Assembly: GCA_023898645.1 (NCBI GenBank)
Contig: CP060232.1
Span: 1,080,001 to 1,112,000 of the forward strand
Reading direction: 5' to 3'
Origin: Candidatus Saccharimonadota bacterium
Lineage (GTDB): Bacteria; Patescibacteriota; Saccharimonadia; Saccharimonadales; Saccharimonadaceae
DNA: 32,000 nucleotides
The position numbers and the translations under genes were made by a program. Position 1 is the first letter of the stretch. Each line of letters starts with the position of its first letter. Shown here one piece after another: positions 1 through 9,329 of this stretch. The notes under the pieces were generated by a model. It had not been told where the DNA came from. It worked only from the letters and a program-made list of their open reading frames with translations, and did no database searches.

Positions 1-756
1 GTAGGGGGTGTACCCGCATCGAGTACAGCAACAGCTACACTTAATTCACCTGTGCCCGCTACGTCAGGTCCTGTAGATTCGCCTTTTCCATCTATATTCC
101 CCGAATCATCAACTCAATCACAGCTATCACCTTCTGTTACGTTAAATCCACCTACTCCAGGTCCACTTCTCGACACAAACGAAACAACAGCATCCACGGC
201 TCCTACACTTCCTCCAGACACTTTCGGACCCGTCAACCCAACTGTTCCTGAGGCTCCCGCTACACCGGAGCAAACCCCTACACCTGCCGTGTCTACTGAA
301 GCATTTGAGCCTATTGTGCCCACTTTACCTCCTGAGCCTACTGCTTTAGACACCTCCGCTGAGCCGGTAATACCAGCCGTGCCGGAAACAACCGAATCGT
401 CAGATACTATAACACCTGTCGCCTCAACACAGTCCGAATCATCAGATGCTATCGCTCCAGTTGTTTCAACACCACCTGAATCTGAAAAACCAGCAGAAGA
501 CAATGGACCGCTCGCCTCCATAAAAAAGGATGTTTTGGTTGAGCTACGCCCGCTAGTCGACAAGTTGAGTGTATCACCAGAAGAAAAATTTGATACTTTA
601 CTTTTGCTCATCCGTAGCACAGACGACTCCACCTTGATAGAGCCAGCACACGAAGCAGCCAAAGCGATTACAGATGAGACGCGACGCGCGGAGGCGCTTC
701 TCGATATAGTCAAAGAAATCGACTATTTAACTCGTCAAAAATCTGACGAATCCTAA
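1..756 (+). CDS. Pro/Thr/Ser-rich low-complexity protein, 5'-truncated by the window edge
   Basis: The frame is open from nt 1, and the GTG at 52 is only the first in-window start. The N-terminal part is P/T/S/E-rich. The C-terminal ~80 aa are non-repetitive (KDVLVELRPLVDKLSVSPEEKFDTLLLLIRS...). A strong hairpin terminator follows. Confidence 0.5.
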   Translation, partial: VGGVPASSTATATLNSPVPATSGPVDSPFPSIFPESSTQSQLSPSVTLNPPTPGPLLDTNETTASTAPTLPPDTFGPVNPTVPEAPATPEQTPTPAVSTEAFEPIVPTLPPEPTALDTSAEPVIPAVPETTESSDTITPVASTQSESSDAIAPVVSTPPESEKPAEDNGPLASIKKDVLVELRPLVDKLSVSPEEKFDTLLLLIRSTDDSTLIEPAHEAAKAITDETRRAEALLDIVKEIDYLTRQKSDES

Positions 757-768
757 AGTTCTATGAAT

Positions 769-800
769 AATAAAATACCTCCGCTCGGAGGTATTTTATT
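769..800. terminator. Bidirectional rho-independent terminator between convergent genes
   Basis: A 14-bp perfect stem, AATAAAATACCTCC / GGAGGTATTTTATT, with loop GCTC. A/T runs lie on both sides. Confidence 0.75.
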
Positions 801-810
801 ATTGAATACA

Positions 811-2115
811 TTATTTATCTTTAAATTTTTCGCTATCGTCCTTCATGTCCGAGTCGACGTCTAGAAGTGACGGACCAGTAGAAGTATGCACTCGTGCATT
901 ATGTAAGGCGCTCTCTAAGTCGCGTCGACTTCTGAAATAGTAGACGACACCGAGTGTTATAGCGGCTACACCGACAAGACCAGCAACAACTTCAACAGGG
1001 CCGGTTGTTGGCAGCGCAGCACAAGTACCCGAGACGGTTACGACCGCACTATCCTGACGATTTCCGTTATCCGTTTCTACAGAGGCGGTATTTTTTAGTA
1101 TCGAACAAGGATCTGCATCAACACGTGCTTCGAATGATAAGTAAGCACTTCCACCAGGTGCATAGTTTCCAATATCAATCCCTCCGTTTGCAATACCATT
1201 ACCGACGATTGCTCCGTTAGGATTTGTATCGTCATAAAGTTTCGTCTTGCCCGGTAGATACGTCAACCCGACTGGTAATATATCTTTGAGTTTTACGTCT
1301 AGTTGATTAATCGTACCAGTATTCTCATAGCTCAAAAGATATTCAACAGTTGAGCTTTTTTTCACAGTCACACTATCATGCCACCCGGTAGTACCGGCCT
1401 GACGAACCTCCTTTTTAAACGTAAAGTTCGGTTGTACTGCCTTAAATGCAAACGTTATCCAACCAGAGTATTGATCGCAACCCGGTAAATCACCGTTCAA
1501 ACTATCAAAGCCAAGCGGTTTACCACTGCTACTAAATAGTGCTGTATCACCGAGAGACGTACCGTTCGTCATGCCCTTATTATGTATAACTGCGGTGCCC
1601 GGCACATAGCGCAGCGATATATCTGTTGCCGTTTGATTCTGCATAGTGAAATAGTCAAACACCATTTTTGGATTTGCATTACTAGCTCCAATAAAAGCCT
1701 CTGCTTCGGTACCGGTTGCGTGAGCTTTAACTACAGCAGGCAGCTCAACCCTAGCATAAGCTCCATGCGCAATACCAACGCCACTTTGATTCAAGCTACT
1801 CGATGCATTATTGTGGTAAAAAATCATCGCTTCATATTCTTTACCCGGAACTAAATTAGCGTCTTGTTCAAATGTTTTATTGTCAGTAAGGTTTCGTACT
1901 CTAAAGAAATTACGTTCGTCTCCGTATGTCGGATCGTCTGTAATCGAATCAAAGGTAACGTATGTAGCTGGTTGCGCCTGAGTAAATGTTGGGCGATCCG
2001 GACCATAGGCAAATACCGCCACTGGAATCACCACTATCGACACGAAAGACATCACAATAAAAGCAATAGAACGAACAGTATTTTTTTGACTGAAAAGGTT
2101 GGTTATCTGACGCAT
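811..2115 (-). CDS. LPXTG-anchored cell-surface protein with a DUF11-like repeat domain
   Basis: N-terminal signal/TM segment (SIAFIVMSFVSIVVIPVAVFA). C-terminal LPTTG motif, then a hydrophobic segment (PVEVVAGLVGVAAITLGVVYYF) and RSRRD. A DUF11-like stretch is present (TVEYLLSYENTGTINQLDVKLKDILPVGLTY). An AAGGAAG SD lies upstream of the ATG. Confidence 0.75.
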   Translation of the reverse strand: MRQITNLFSQKNTVRSIAFIVMSFVSIVVIPVAVFAYGPDRPTFTQAQPATYVTFDSITDDPTYGDERNFFRVRNLTDNKTFEQDANLVPGKEYEAMIFYHNNASSSLNQSGVGIAHGAYARVELPAVVKAHATGTEAEAFIGASNANPKMVFDYFTMQNQTATDISLRYVPGTAVIHNKGMTNGTSLGDTALFSSSGKPLGFDSLNGDLPGCDQYSGWITFAFKAVQPNFTFKKEVRQAGTTGWHDSVTVKKSSTVEYLLSYENTGTINQLDVKLKDILPVGLTYLPGKTKLYDDTNPNGAIVGNGIANGGIDIGNYAPGGSAYLSFEARVDADPCSILKNTASVETDNGNRQDSAVVTVSGTCAALPTTGPVEVVAGLVGVAAITLGVVYYFRSRRDLESALHNARVHTSTGPSLLDVDSDMKDDSEKFKDK

Positions 2116-2147
2116 AGTTCTTCCTTTTTTGTGTTTATTTTTATGTC

Positions 2148-4067
2148 TTATTTTGGCTTCTTTGCCGCACCATGGAGTACAGACGAACTAGGCGCCTCAC
2201 TGGGGCCGCTTGTATGTAGCTGGCTTGAAGTCGTACCCGCTACACGATTTGCATTTGGTGCGTTCAACGGACTCGTAATAGTCTCAGTTCTCGTTACGCC
2301 ATTCGGGCTGATTGCAGTCGACGTGCTTTTCACAGGAGCAGGCACCGTCTCAAGATTATCGACAGGTAATGGATGCACGGCAGGCGGACCCGCCTCAACC
2401 CCCTTACTAATTAACGGTGGCGGAGGTGGCGGAGGCGGTGGCGTCACTTCAGGTGGCGGAGGTGGCGGTGGCGTCACTTCAGGTGGCGGAGGTGGCGGTG
2501 GCGTCACTTCAGGTGGCGGAGGTGGCGGTGGCGTCACTTCAGGTGGCGGAGGTGGCGGTGGCGTCACTTCAGGCGGTGGCGCTTGAGGTGGTGGTGACGA
2601 AGGCGGTGCTACTTCCGGTGGAGGCGCAACTTGCGGAGAATAGTGCACAGGCGGAGCATTATAAACTGGTACATACGTACTTCGTGGAGCGACTGGTGCC
2701 GGCGCATAATGCGGATGCGGAACCTGAGTTGCAATTTGGTTACAACCGACTTCTACGATAATCGTCTTGCCACCAACGTGCCACTGCACAGCTTTGACAC
2801 CACTATAATTTACTTCGTTGTCGTAGAATACTTGCCCTTTATGCGTACCAAAGATAATGGCGTTGTTCATTTGGTTACTGCCCCACGAAGAATATCCAGG
2901 ATCCAACGTCACATGGTCGCCAAGCGAACCATTGTTCATGGCGTCAACTAATTCATGCGTAACTTTGAAGCGGACATCCGGATGAGACTGTAGGTAATCA
3001 GCGAATTCATTTACCTTAGTATTGTAATCGTTGAGCGTCATTATATTACGCAACGCCTCTGGGCTAGGTTTTACAGGAGCGCCGCCCATACCAAGCTCAG
3101 ACAAGTAAGCCGCAGTCATATGAGGATCGCTACGGAACATATCTTCAATATTTTTTAATGCCGCACCTTTATCACCATTCAAAAGTGCCAAATTTGCAGC
3201 ATCAAAATCATTAATATGGTTCTTGTTCGGTAGCATTGCAGTGCTCTGACTGTTGAAGTATTGATCAATGATTGATTTTTCTGGTGCCTTACCTGGCAAA
3301 GGGACTCCTGAGCCATTCCCTGGACGATTATTCACGTCAACGCCGGATCCACCAAACAAATGAGGAGCTACTTCTCGATACGCCACATACGCTCCAACAG
3401 CCGCAGCGCCCAGGCCAACCAATTTGGCTATAGATTTACGTCGTTCGTGCTTATCGTACTTCTCAAGTTTTTTTTCTATTTCTTCGTCGCTAAAACCCTT
3501 ATCTACAAGATCCTGTTCAAAGCGTGATCGTTTTTGCCAACGCTTTTCAGACTTCTTTTCACGCCATTCGGACAATTTACCCATGCCCATCATTACACGT
3601 GCGCTTGAATTCAACTTTACATGCTCGGACTTGCTTTCGGAATTTTCAGATGATTCCTCGCTTTTATTAAAAATATTTATCACTCGTTCACGAAGACTGT
3701 CGTCTTCATTTATGATAGAGCCCATATTTTTTTGCTTCATTACAGCTATAACATTCCAGATAGCCTCGGCATTATTACCACGACCACATATTCGATCCCA
3801 CATCTTTTCGGGTATTGCATCGACGGCATTGGCTCCAATGGCCTTGTCGAATATATGGCTTATAATCTCTTCGCGGTCTTCGTTTTCATACTCCTTTATT
3901 TCCTCAGGAGTTAAATACTTGGCAAACTCCATAACAGTCGTCTGCTCCGACTCTGGTGACGAGACATTTTGACTCTCAACTACATCAGGAGAATCCTGAT
4001 TATAATCCTCATGCCGCTTACCCTCTGGTACGCTGTCGTGTGATTGTGACGGCTCACCTTCGCTCAT
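2148..4067 (-). CDS. Bitopic membrane protein with an acidic N-terminal region, one TM segment, an extracellular domain and a C-terminal proline-rich decapeptide repeat
   Basis: 639 aa. The TM segment is LVGLGAAAVGAYVAY. Five PPPPPPPEVT-type repeats lie near the C-terminus. I recognise no family. Confidence 0.65.
   Translation of the reverse strand: MSEGEPSQSHDSVPEGKRHEDYNQDSPDVVESQNVSSPESEQTTVMEFAKYLTPEEIKEYENEDREEIISHIFDKAIGANAVDAIPEKMWDRICGRGNNAEAIWNVIAVMKQKNMGSIINEDDSLRERVINIFNKSEESSENSESKSEHVKLNSSARVMMGMGKLSEWREKKSEKRWQKRSRFEQDLVDKGFSDEEIEKKLEKYDKHERRKSIAKLVGLGAAAVGAYVAYREVAPHLFGGSGVDVNNRPGNGSGVPLPGKAPEKSIIDQYFNSQSTAMLPNKNHINDFDAANLALLNGDKGAALKNIEDMFRSDPHMTAAYLSELGMGGAPVKPSPEALRNIMTLNDYNTKVNEFADYLQSHPDVRFKVTHELVDAMNNGSLGDHVTLDPGYSSWGSNQMNNAIIFGTHKGQVFYDNEVNYSGVKAVQWHVGGKTIIVEVGCNQIATQVPHPHYAPAPVAPRSTYVPVYNAPPVHYSPQVAPPPEVAPPSSPPPQAPPPEVTPPPPPPPEVTPPPPPPPEVTPPPPPPPEVTPPPPPPPEVTPPPPPPPPPLISKGVEAGPPAVHPLPVDNLETVPAPVKSTSTAISPNGVTRTETITSPLNAPNANRVAGTTSSQLHTSGPSEAPSSSVLHGAAKKPK
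2416..2580. repeat. 30-bp tandem repeat: 4 perfect copies at 2451-2570 plus one variant copy, in frame within the CDS
   Basis: The unit AGGTGGCGGAGGTGGCGGTGGCGTCACTTC occurs at 2451, 2481, 2511 and 2541 with no mismatch. It encodes PPPPPPPEVT on the minus strand. Confidence 0.95.
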
Positions 4068-4182
4068 ATGGTTGTAGAAATCCTGCAGTTATTATATTTG
4101 TTTTAGAGCTTTTGTAGCTTGATACTAGCATAAACACTATAAAGCGTCAATCAGTGGTGTCAATCTGAAATTTTTGCCATAA

Positions 4183-4210
4183 AAATACTCCGCATAGAGG
4201 CGGAGTATTT
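4183..4210 (-). terminator. Rho-independent terminator downstream of the 117-aa gene
   Basis: An 11-bp stem, AAATACTCCGC / GCGGAGTATTT, followed on the minus strand by TTTTTAT. Confidence 0.7.
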
Positions 4211-4221
4211 TAGCTTGCACT

Positions 4222-4575
4222 TTATTGTGCCGGAGGAACTGGTCCAACTGGTGGCTTTGATTCTTCAACTGACGGCTCAGCTGTTGGAGTTACCGAGGTG
4301 TCGCCCTCACTAACTACAGGAGACGCCTCTACAGGAGATGACTCTACACTTGATGCTTGTTCTACTGACACACTTGGAGCACCAACTTCCGTGGAACCAT
4401 CACTAGGTACGTCCGCTTGAACATCATCTAGCTGCGGCTCTGGAGTTAATGATTCATGTGCTGGCGGCACGACGGGTCCTGCTGCCTCTTTTTTCTTGCC
4501 TCCTCCAAATAGTCGAGCAAAGAAGCCTTTTTTTGGCTCTTGGGGTGCAGGTGTGTTGTTTTCTACTGGTGGCAT
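4222..4575 (-). CDS. Small low-complexity (P/S/E/V-rich) hypothetical protein
   Basis: 117 aa, with an AAAGGAAAA SD about 5 nt upstream of the ATG and a terminator downstream. The composition is biased, so coding status is not certain. Confidence 0.5.
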   Translation of the reverse strand: MPPVENNTPAPQEPKKGFFARLFGGGKKKEAAGPVVPPAHESLTPEPQLDDVQADVPSDGSTEVGAPSVSVEQASSVESSPVEASPVVSEGDTSVTPTAEPSVEESKPPVGPVPPAQ

Positions 4576-4639
4576 AGTTTTCCTTTTTTTACTATTTCTT
4601 AAACATTAGCGGATTTATTGAAAACTGTCAAATCACAAC

Positions 4640-5773
4640 TTAGGATAACCATTCAATTAGATTGTCGGGGTAGATTAACTGTGCTTCTACGTCCGGGTAT
4701 GTATCACTAAAGAATTTCGGTGTAATAAGTTTTTTATTTGTATACGAAAAATCGTGCGCGGTATATTTATTATCCTTTGCTTCGATAAGATCGAGTTCAC
4801 TTCCCAGAGACCGCCAATAGTAGCGCTGTACACGTTCATCTCGCTCCTGCCAAAATTTTATACGCTCATTCATACAAAAGTTTTCCCATAACGCATCACG
4901 GTCGGCACGTAAGTCAAGCGGTTGCAATGACTGAATCAAGGCGTTTCTAATGCCAAGATCATAAAAATACACCTTTCGCTTCCGATTACTCAAATTACCC
5001 TGTATGCTCCCGGTAAGTGCCGGTAATCGATAGACGACAAACGCCATTTCGAGTAACGTTATGTAGCGTTCAATCGTTTCTACTTTTACACCAAACATTA
5101 CACCAAGCTCGTGGTACGAAACCTCCTGACCTATATGCAAAGCTAGTGCCTGTAGCAGCCGTGGCAAAAGTTGTCTTTGGCGTAACTCTACCAGCTCTAA
5201 GCTGTCTTTATATACATAGTTGTTTGCCAGTGCCACGATCTCCTCGTCAGCACGACTATCATCGGTCAATACAATACCAGGGTAACTTCCAAGCCGAAGC
5301 AACCGTGGCAGTAATGTCTGTAGCTGCAAATCGCTATAACCAAAATATTTTTTTATCTCAATAAGTGAAAGTGGTGCCAACATAAATTCATACGCACGGC
5401 CGGTTAACGGTTCCTTCACCTTGCCTGCTAGATCAAAGGAAGAACTTCCAGTCGCAATGATGTCGAGTTCAGGGTGCGTGTCTATAAGTAGCTTTAGTGT
5501 GAGACCAATATTCTCAACCCTCTGCGCTTCATCTATAACAATACGCTTTGCCTGACCTATCACCCGTTCAAGTGCAGCCAAACTTGTCGGCTTCATAGCA
5601 TCCGCCGTCACCATTTCGTCGCAATTTAGGTACAATCGCTCACTTTCTGGCACTTCTTCGAGTAATTGCCTTGCGACTGTCGTCTTTCCAACCCTTCGTG
5701 GGCCATACAAAACAATAACCCGCCCTCGTCCCAGATGGGATCGAATGAGCGGGACTATTGTTCTTTCTATCAT
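4640..5773 (-). CDS. AAA+ family ATPase (AAA_14 / DUF4143-type)
   Basis: Walker A motif YGPRRVGKTT near the N-terminus, Walker B-like RIVIDEAQ, and a C-terminal region typical of DUF4143 ATPases. Called from memory of the family. Confidence 0.75.
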   Translation of the reverse strand: MIERTIVPLIRSHLGRGRVIVLYGPRRVGKTTVARQLLEEVPESERLYLNCDEMVTADAMKPTSLAALERVIGQAKRIVIDEAQRVENIGLTLKLLIDTHPELDIIATGSSSFDLAGKVKEPLTGRAYEFMLAPLSLIEIKKYFGYSDLQLQTLLPRLLRLGSYPGIVLTDDSRADEEIVALANNYVYKDSLELVELRQRQLLPRLLQALALHIGQEVSYHELGVMFGVKVETIERYITLLEMAFVVYRLPALTGSIQGNLSNRKRKVYFYDLGIRNALIQSLQPLDLRADRDALWENFCMNERIKFWQERDERVQRYYWRSLGSELDLIEAKDNKYTAHDFSYTNKKLITPKFFSDTYPDVEAQLIYPDNLIEWLS

Positions 5774-5804
5774 ACTGGAAATAATAGCATAAGTTATTTC
5801 CAGT
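5774..5804 (-). terminator. Hairpin between groEL stop and the ATPase start (possible terminator or attenuator)
   Basis: An 11-bp stem, ACTGGAAATAA / TTATTTCCAGT, with a 9-nt loop. There is no clear U-tract on the minus strand, and it overlaps the putative -10 of the ATPase gene. Confidence 0.4.
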
Positions 5805-5831
5805 AGACTAGAGTTTTTGGCTAATTATTGA

Positions 5832-7478
5832 CTAGAAGCCCATACCGCCTGGCATACCACCAGCAGGTGCCGCCGGAGCTGGCGGTTCAGGAATTTCTAC
5901 TACCAATGCACCCATGGTAACGGCCGTTGCTGCAATTGAAACCGCACTGAGCACAGCCTCTTTTGTGACACGGACCGGGTCTATAACACCAGCTTTTTTA
6001 ACATCAATCAGCTTCGTACTCGGGTTGTTTACATCAACACCCATTCCAGGCTTTGCCGCCTCTACCTGCGCCAGAAGTGCTTCACTGTTCAGTCCTGCGT
6101 TTGCTGTAATTAACGTAAATGGTATGCGCAGCGCCTGCTTCAAAATCTGCCGGCCGGCATTGATACTATCCGTACCATCAGCCACTATACTTGCAGCCAA
6201 ATTTACCAACGTTACGCCTCCACCGGCGACTATTCCTTCACTCAACGCAGCCTTTGTTGCAGCCACGGCATCGTCTACACGAAATTTCTTTTCGTCAATC
6301 TCGGTCTCAGTTGCTCCGCCGACTTTAATGACCGCAACCTTTCCGCTTAATGCAGCGGCTCGTTTTTCAAGCTGTTCTTTATCGTATTCGCTATTTGCAT
6401 TTTCAGCTTGTGCAATCATCTGAGTGATTCGTGCCTTTACAGCACTAAGCTTACCGCTGCCCTCAACAATTGTCGTACTGTCTTTACCGACGATAACTTT
6501 TCGAGCACTACCCACAACATCTAACTCTACGTTTTCAAACGTCAGTCCTTGGTCTTCCGATATGACAGTCGCTCCTGTCAAAACAGCAATATCTTGTAAT
6601 TTGTCTTTGCGGCGATCACCGAAATCAGGTGCTTTTACGGCCACGGTATTCAATACACCCTTGAGCTTATTCAGAATCAATACGCTCAGTGCCTCGCCTT
6701 CGACCTCATCGGCAATCAAGACAACGTCTTTTTTGCCAGCCTGAGCAAGCTTCTCAATTAGCGGAAGGATTTCCTGAACGCTACTAATTTTTTTGTCAGT
6801 GATTACAACTGCCGGTTTTTCATACACAGCCTCTTGACGACTCGCATCCGTTACAAAGAATGGCGAAGACCAGCCTCGATCGAGGCTAAATCCTTCAACC
6901 ACTTCGGCTTCAAGCTCAAGCCCTTGACCCGCCTCGACAGTTACAACAGCGTCTTTACCAACTTTTTCTATAACGCCAGCAATCTTATTTCCAATTTCAC
7001 TATCACCAGCGCTAATAGTTGCAACGTCTGCCACGCGTGCTGTCTTGCCTTCAATACTCTCGGCAAGTTTATCAAGCTGTTTTACGACTTCGTCGCCAGC
7101 CGCCTCTATGCCTTTTCGGAGCTCCATAGGATTATGACCTGCTGCAATCATTCGATTAGCCTGCTCCAAAATATTATATGTAAGAACAGTCACGGTAGTC
7201 GTACCGTCTCCGGCGTCTTTATTTAGCTTGCTCGCAGCCTGCTTAATCAATTCCGCACCTGTCTTATATCCCAACGTTTCATCGTCTTCCGGCAAATCAA
7301 TCGCCTCGGCAACCGTTACACCGTCGTGCGTTACCGTCGGACCACCATAGCCCTTGGCAATGACAACATTACGTCCTTTTGGACCATACGTTACCTTCAC
7401 TGCATCATATAGTGCCTTCGCCCCACCAAGCACTCGCGCTCGAGCATCATCATCATAAAATACTTTTTTTGCCATCAT
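5832..7478 (-). CDS. groL: Chaperonin GroEL (Cpn60)
   Basis: MAKKVFYDDDARARVLGGAKALYDAVKVTYGPKGRNVV, GDGTTTVTVL, EGIVAGGG, and a C-terminal GGMPGGMGF tail. The second ATG (7475) is better spaced from the GGAGG SD. Confidence 0.97.
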   Translation of the reverse strand: MMAKKVFYDDDARARVLGGAKALYDAVKVTYGPKGRNVVIAKGYGGPTVTHDGVTVAEAIDLPEDDETLGYKTGAELIKQAASKLNKDAGDGTTTVTVLTYNILEQANRMIAAGHNPMELRKGIEAAGDEVVKQLDKLAESIEGKTARVADVATISAGDSEIGNKIAGVIEKVGKDAVVTVEAGQGLELEAEVVEGFSLDRGWSSPFFVTDASRQEAVYEKPAVVITDKKISSVQEILPLIEKLAQAGKKDVVLIADEVEGEALSVLILNKLKGVLNTVAVKAPDFGDRRKDKLQDIAVLTGATVISEDQGLTFENVELDVVGSARKVIVGKDSTTIVEGSGKLSAVKARITQMIAQAENANSEYDKEQLEKRAAALSGKVAVIKVGGATETEIDEKKFRVDDAVAATKAALSEGIVAGGGVTLVNLAASIVADGTDSINAGRQILKQALRIPFTLITANAGLNSEALLAQVEAAKPGMGVDVNNPSTKLIDVKKAGVIDPVRVTKEAVLSAVSIAATAVTMGALVVEIPEPPAPAAPAGGMPGGMGF

Positions 7479-7484
7479 TTCCTC

Positions 7485-7748
7485 CTAAACTGTCGCTAGT
7501 ATGTCTTCTTCCTTAACAATCAAATAAACGGTGCCGTCTATTTTCAGCTCGGTTGTCGTGTATTCTTTATAAACAATACGATCGCCTTTTTTTATTTCTT
7601 TAACATCTGGCCCAATTGCCTCTACAGTCGCAACTACCGGCTTTTCCTTCGCCGCATCTGGTAAATAAATGCCGCTTGCAGTCTTGGTTTTCGCTTCCTC
7701 GCGGACAGCAACCACACGATCAGCAAGGGGCTTGATAGGTGAACTCAT
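7485..7748 (-). CDS. groS: Co-chaperonin GroES (Cpn10)
   Basis: MSSPIKPLADRVV...GDRIVYKEY. A GGAGG SD lies 8 nt upstream of the ATG at 7748. The longer ORF reaching 7775 would remove that SD, so I rejected it. Confidence 0.93.
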   Translation of the reverse strand: MSSPIKPLADRVVAVREEAKTKTASGIYLPDAAKEKPVVATVEAIGPDVKEIKKGDRIVYKEYTTTELKIDGTVYLIVKEEDILATV

Positions 7749-7796
7749 AAGTGTGATCCTCCGTTTGTTTAACATTATTAATTGTAAACAAAAAAA

Positions 7797-7823
7797 TTAG
7801 CACTTGCAAGGTGCGAGTGCTAA
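7797..7823. promoter_or_regulatory. CIRCE operator (HrcA-binding inverted repeat) upstream of groES-groEL
   Basis: TTAGCACTT-N9-GAGTGCTAA versus the consensus TTAGCACTC-N9-GAGTGCTAA. A TATAAA box sits immediately upstream on the minus strand. Confidence 0.9.
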
Positions 7824-7839
7824 TTTTTATAAAAATTCT

Positions 7840-8301
7840 TTATCTTGTTCGGTTTCGTATCTTTATATGAGAATCACCGTTGTAGTCACCGAAATCATCT
7901 TCCTCAAAAGTATCGAGAGTCGCCGCTCTGGCCAGACTGGCTCGAATTTCTTTATCCGTACGTCCGCCAACTTCCGCAATTGTCGGATAGGTATCATTGT
8001 TCAAATGCTCCGAAGCACTTTCTGCTTCTGGCTGTTCTGCTTCACGTAATATACGATCGGCCTCTTGTTCAAGTTCACTTGGACTCATTTGAGCATAATA
8101 ATCATCTAGGCCGTCACGAATTACTTCTTTTAAATAAGCTTTATCTTTATTAATTAGGCCACGCTGCTCCCATTGATTTTCCCAGTATCCCTGATCGATA
8201 TGCCCTTTGCGCTGTCCTGCATCACCGTGATCTTGCGTACGATTGTGGCGGTATTTAGATTTTGATTTGTTTGATTTTGGTTTTTCCATCATATTGGTCA
8301 T
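7840..8301 (-). CDS. Hypothetical charged protein
   Basis: 153 aa with no recognised motifs. A consensus promoter lies directly upstream (see 8309-8336). Confidence 0.55.
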   Translation of the reverse strand: MTNMMEKPKSNKSKSKYRHNRTQDHGDAGQRKGHIDQGYWENQWEQRGLINKDKAYLKEVIRDGLDDYYAQMSPSELEQEADRILREAEQPEAESASEHLNNDTYPTIAEVGGRTDKEIRASLARAATLDTFEEDDFGDYNGDSHIKIRNRTR

Positions 8302-8308
8302 GTTTTAA

Positions 8309-8336
8309 ATTATACATTTTTTTGACTAATTGTCAA
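8309..8336 (-). promoter_or_regulatory. Sigma-70-type promoter placing the TSS at the start codon (leaderless)
   Basis: On the minus strand: TTGACA-16 nt-TATAAT-7 nt-ATG(8301). Confidence 0.65.
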
Positions 8337-8418
8337 TAATGCTTATGTAATTGACTTTTTATCTTTCGCGTGCTAAGCTTAAGCAAGAATTAGTTGCACA
8401 TACAAACAAAAAATACCT

Positions 8419-9282
8419 ATGAAAAAAGACGCATCTTCACCTCACGAAAATCACATTTCGACTGACGAATCGGAGATGACGGCCGATCAACGTGAATTTC
8501 TTGAGCGTATGTACTCTATGTACTCCGCAACCGCCACTACAGGAGAAAAATTACGTGACCTCTACTCACGCGAAGGTGCCCAGTCGCTAGACCAAGCAGT
8601 TGAAGACTTGGCATACGAGCTCATGGCAGACAACGAGGAGTACAAAGAGCTCCTGCATCAACGAGAATTAAATCGAAACGCCCCAATCGGTCCCCGAGTA
8701 CGCGAACTAGAGGCAATGTACAAAAATTTTATCTATAGCATTAATGATCTTCCGAATGAAACAAGATATAAGCAAATTGAGGCTGCACGAAATAATGTCA
8801 AACACATACTAGCCGAAAGTATCAAAGAACCAATAGATGACCCCGAAAAAGCCATCGAGGTGCTTGGAATTAAACGAAAAGACAACGAAGGACATATCTC
8901 GTACCACTTCCCCGTCGAACTTGTTCCGGAATCAGTAAATGAAAAATGGGAAGTATATCTTGCGGCAGCTTGCGCCAATATAATCGCCGAAGACAATCTC
9001 AGGTCATCTGGAAACACTGATGAAATAGATGCAACAGATTCGGCACGAGTTTACGCTCATAACGCTGTAACCGACGACATACATGCGATATTAAACATCG
9101 ACGGTATAAAAGGCTGGGACAGGGCTCGAACGCGCCAGCTACTTGCAACTATACGCGACAATACCTTCGCTACGTTTGGCTCAAAGAACGCATCGTCTCA
9201 AGAAACTGAACTAGCCAATAAATTGCTTGCAAAATACAACGACAAACAACTTGCAATCGTAAAAGCTCTTAGTAGTCGCTAA
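8419..9282 (+). CDS. Hypothetical protein
   Basis: 287 aa with normal composition. No motif recognised. Confidence 0.6.
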   Translation: MKKDASSPHENHISTDESEMTADQREFLERMYSMYSATATTGEKLRDLYSREGAQSLDQAVEDLAYELMADNEEYKELLHQRELNRNAPIGPRVRELEAMYKNFIYSINDLPNETRYKQIEAARNNVKHILAESIKEPIDDPEKAIEVLGIKRKDNEGHISYHFPVELVPESVNEKWEVYLAAACANIIAEDNLRSSGNTDEIDATDSARVYAHNAVTDDIHAILNIDGIKGWDRARTRQLLATIRDNTFATFGSKNASSQETELANKLLAKYNDKQLAIVKALSSR

Positions 9283-9329
9283 CATTCCTTGTTTCGTTGA
9301 CCAATAATTAATTTTGTTGTATCATATTT

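Noticed and set aside
114-713. 199-aa minus-strand ORF
   Set aside because: It is antisense to the low-complexity P/T/S-rich CDS. The open frame is a by-product of biased composition, and no start signals are present.
2416-2580. Possible CRISPR array, given the regular 30-bp periodicity
   Set aside because: The units are contiguous with no spacers and lie in frame inside a CDS. This is a coding tandem repeat.
1864-2761. Plus-strand ORFs 1864-2586 and 2417-2761 encoding poly-Gly (GGGGGGGVTS) and AEVAVASLQV repeats
   Set aside because: They are reverse-strand readings of the 30-bp proline-repeat region of the 2148-4067 minus-strand gene. They overlap two well-supported genes.
5914-7226. Three plus-strand ORFs (169, 106 and 130 aa)
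   Set aside because: All lie antisense within groEL. They have low-complexity A/S/T-rich translations typical of the shadow frames of a highly expressed gene.
7485-7775. Longer GroES ORF starting at 7775 (MLNKRRITLM...)
   Set aside because: The GGAGG SD lies inside that extension, 8 nt before the ATG at 7748. The GroES alignment begins at MSSPIKPLADR.
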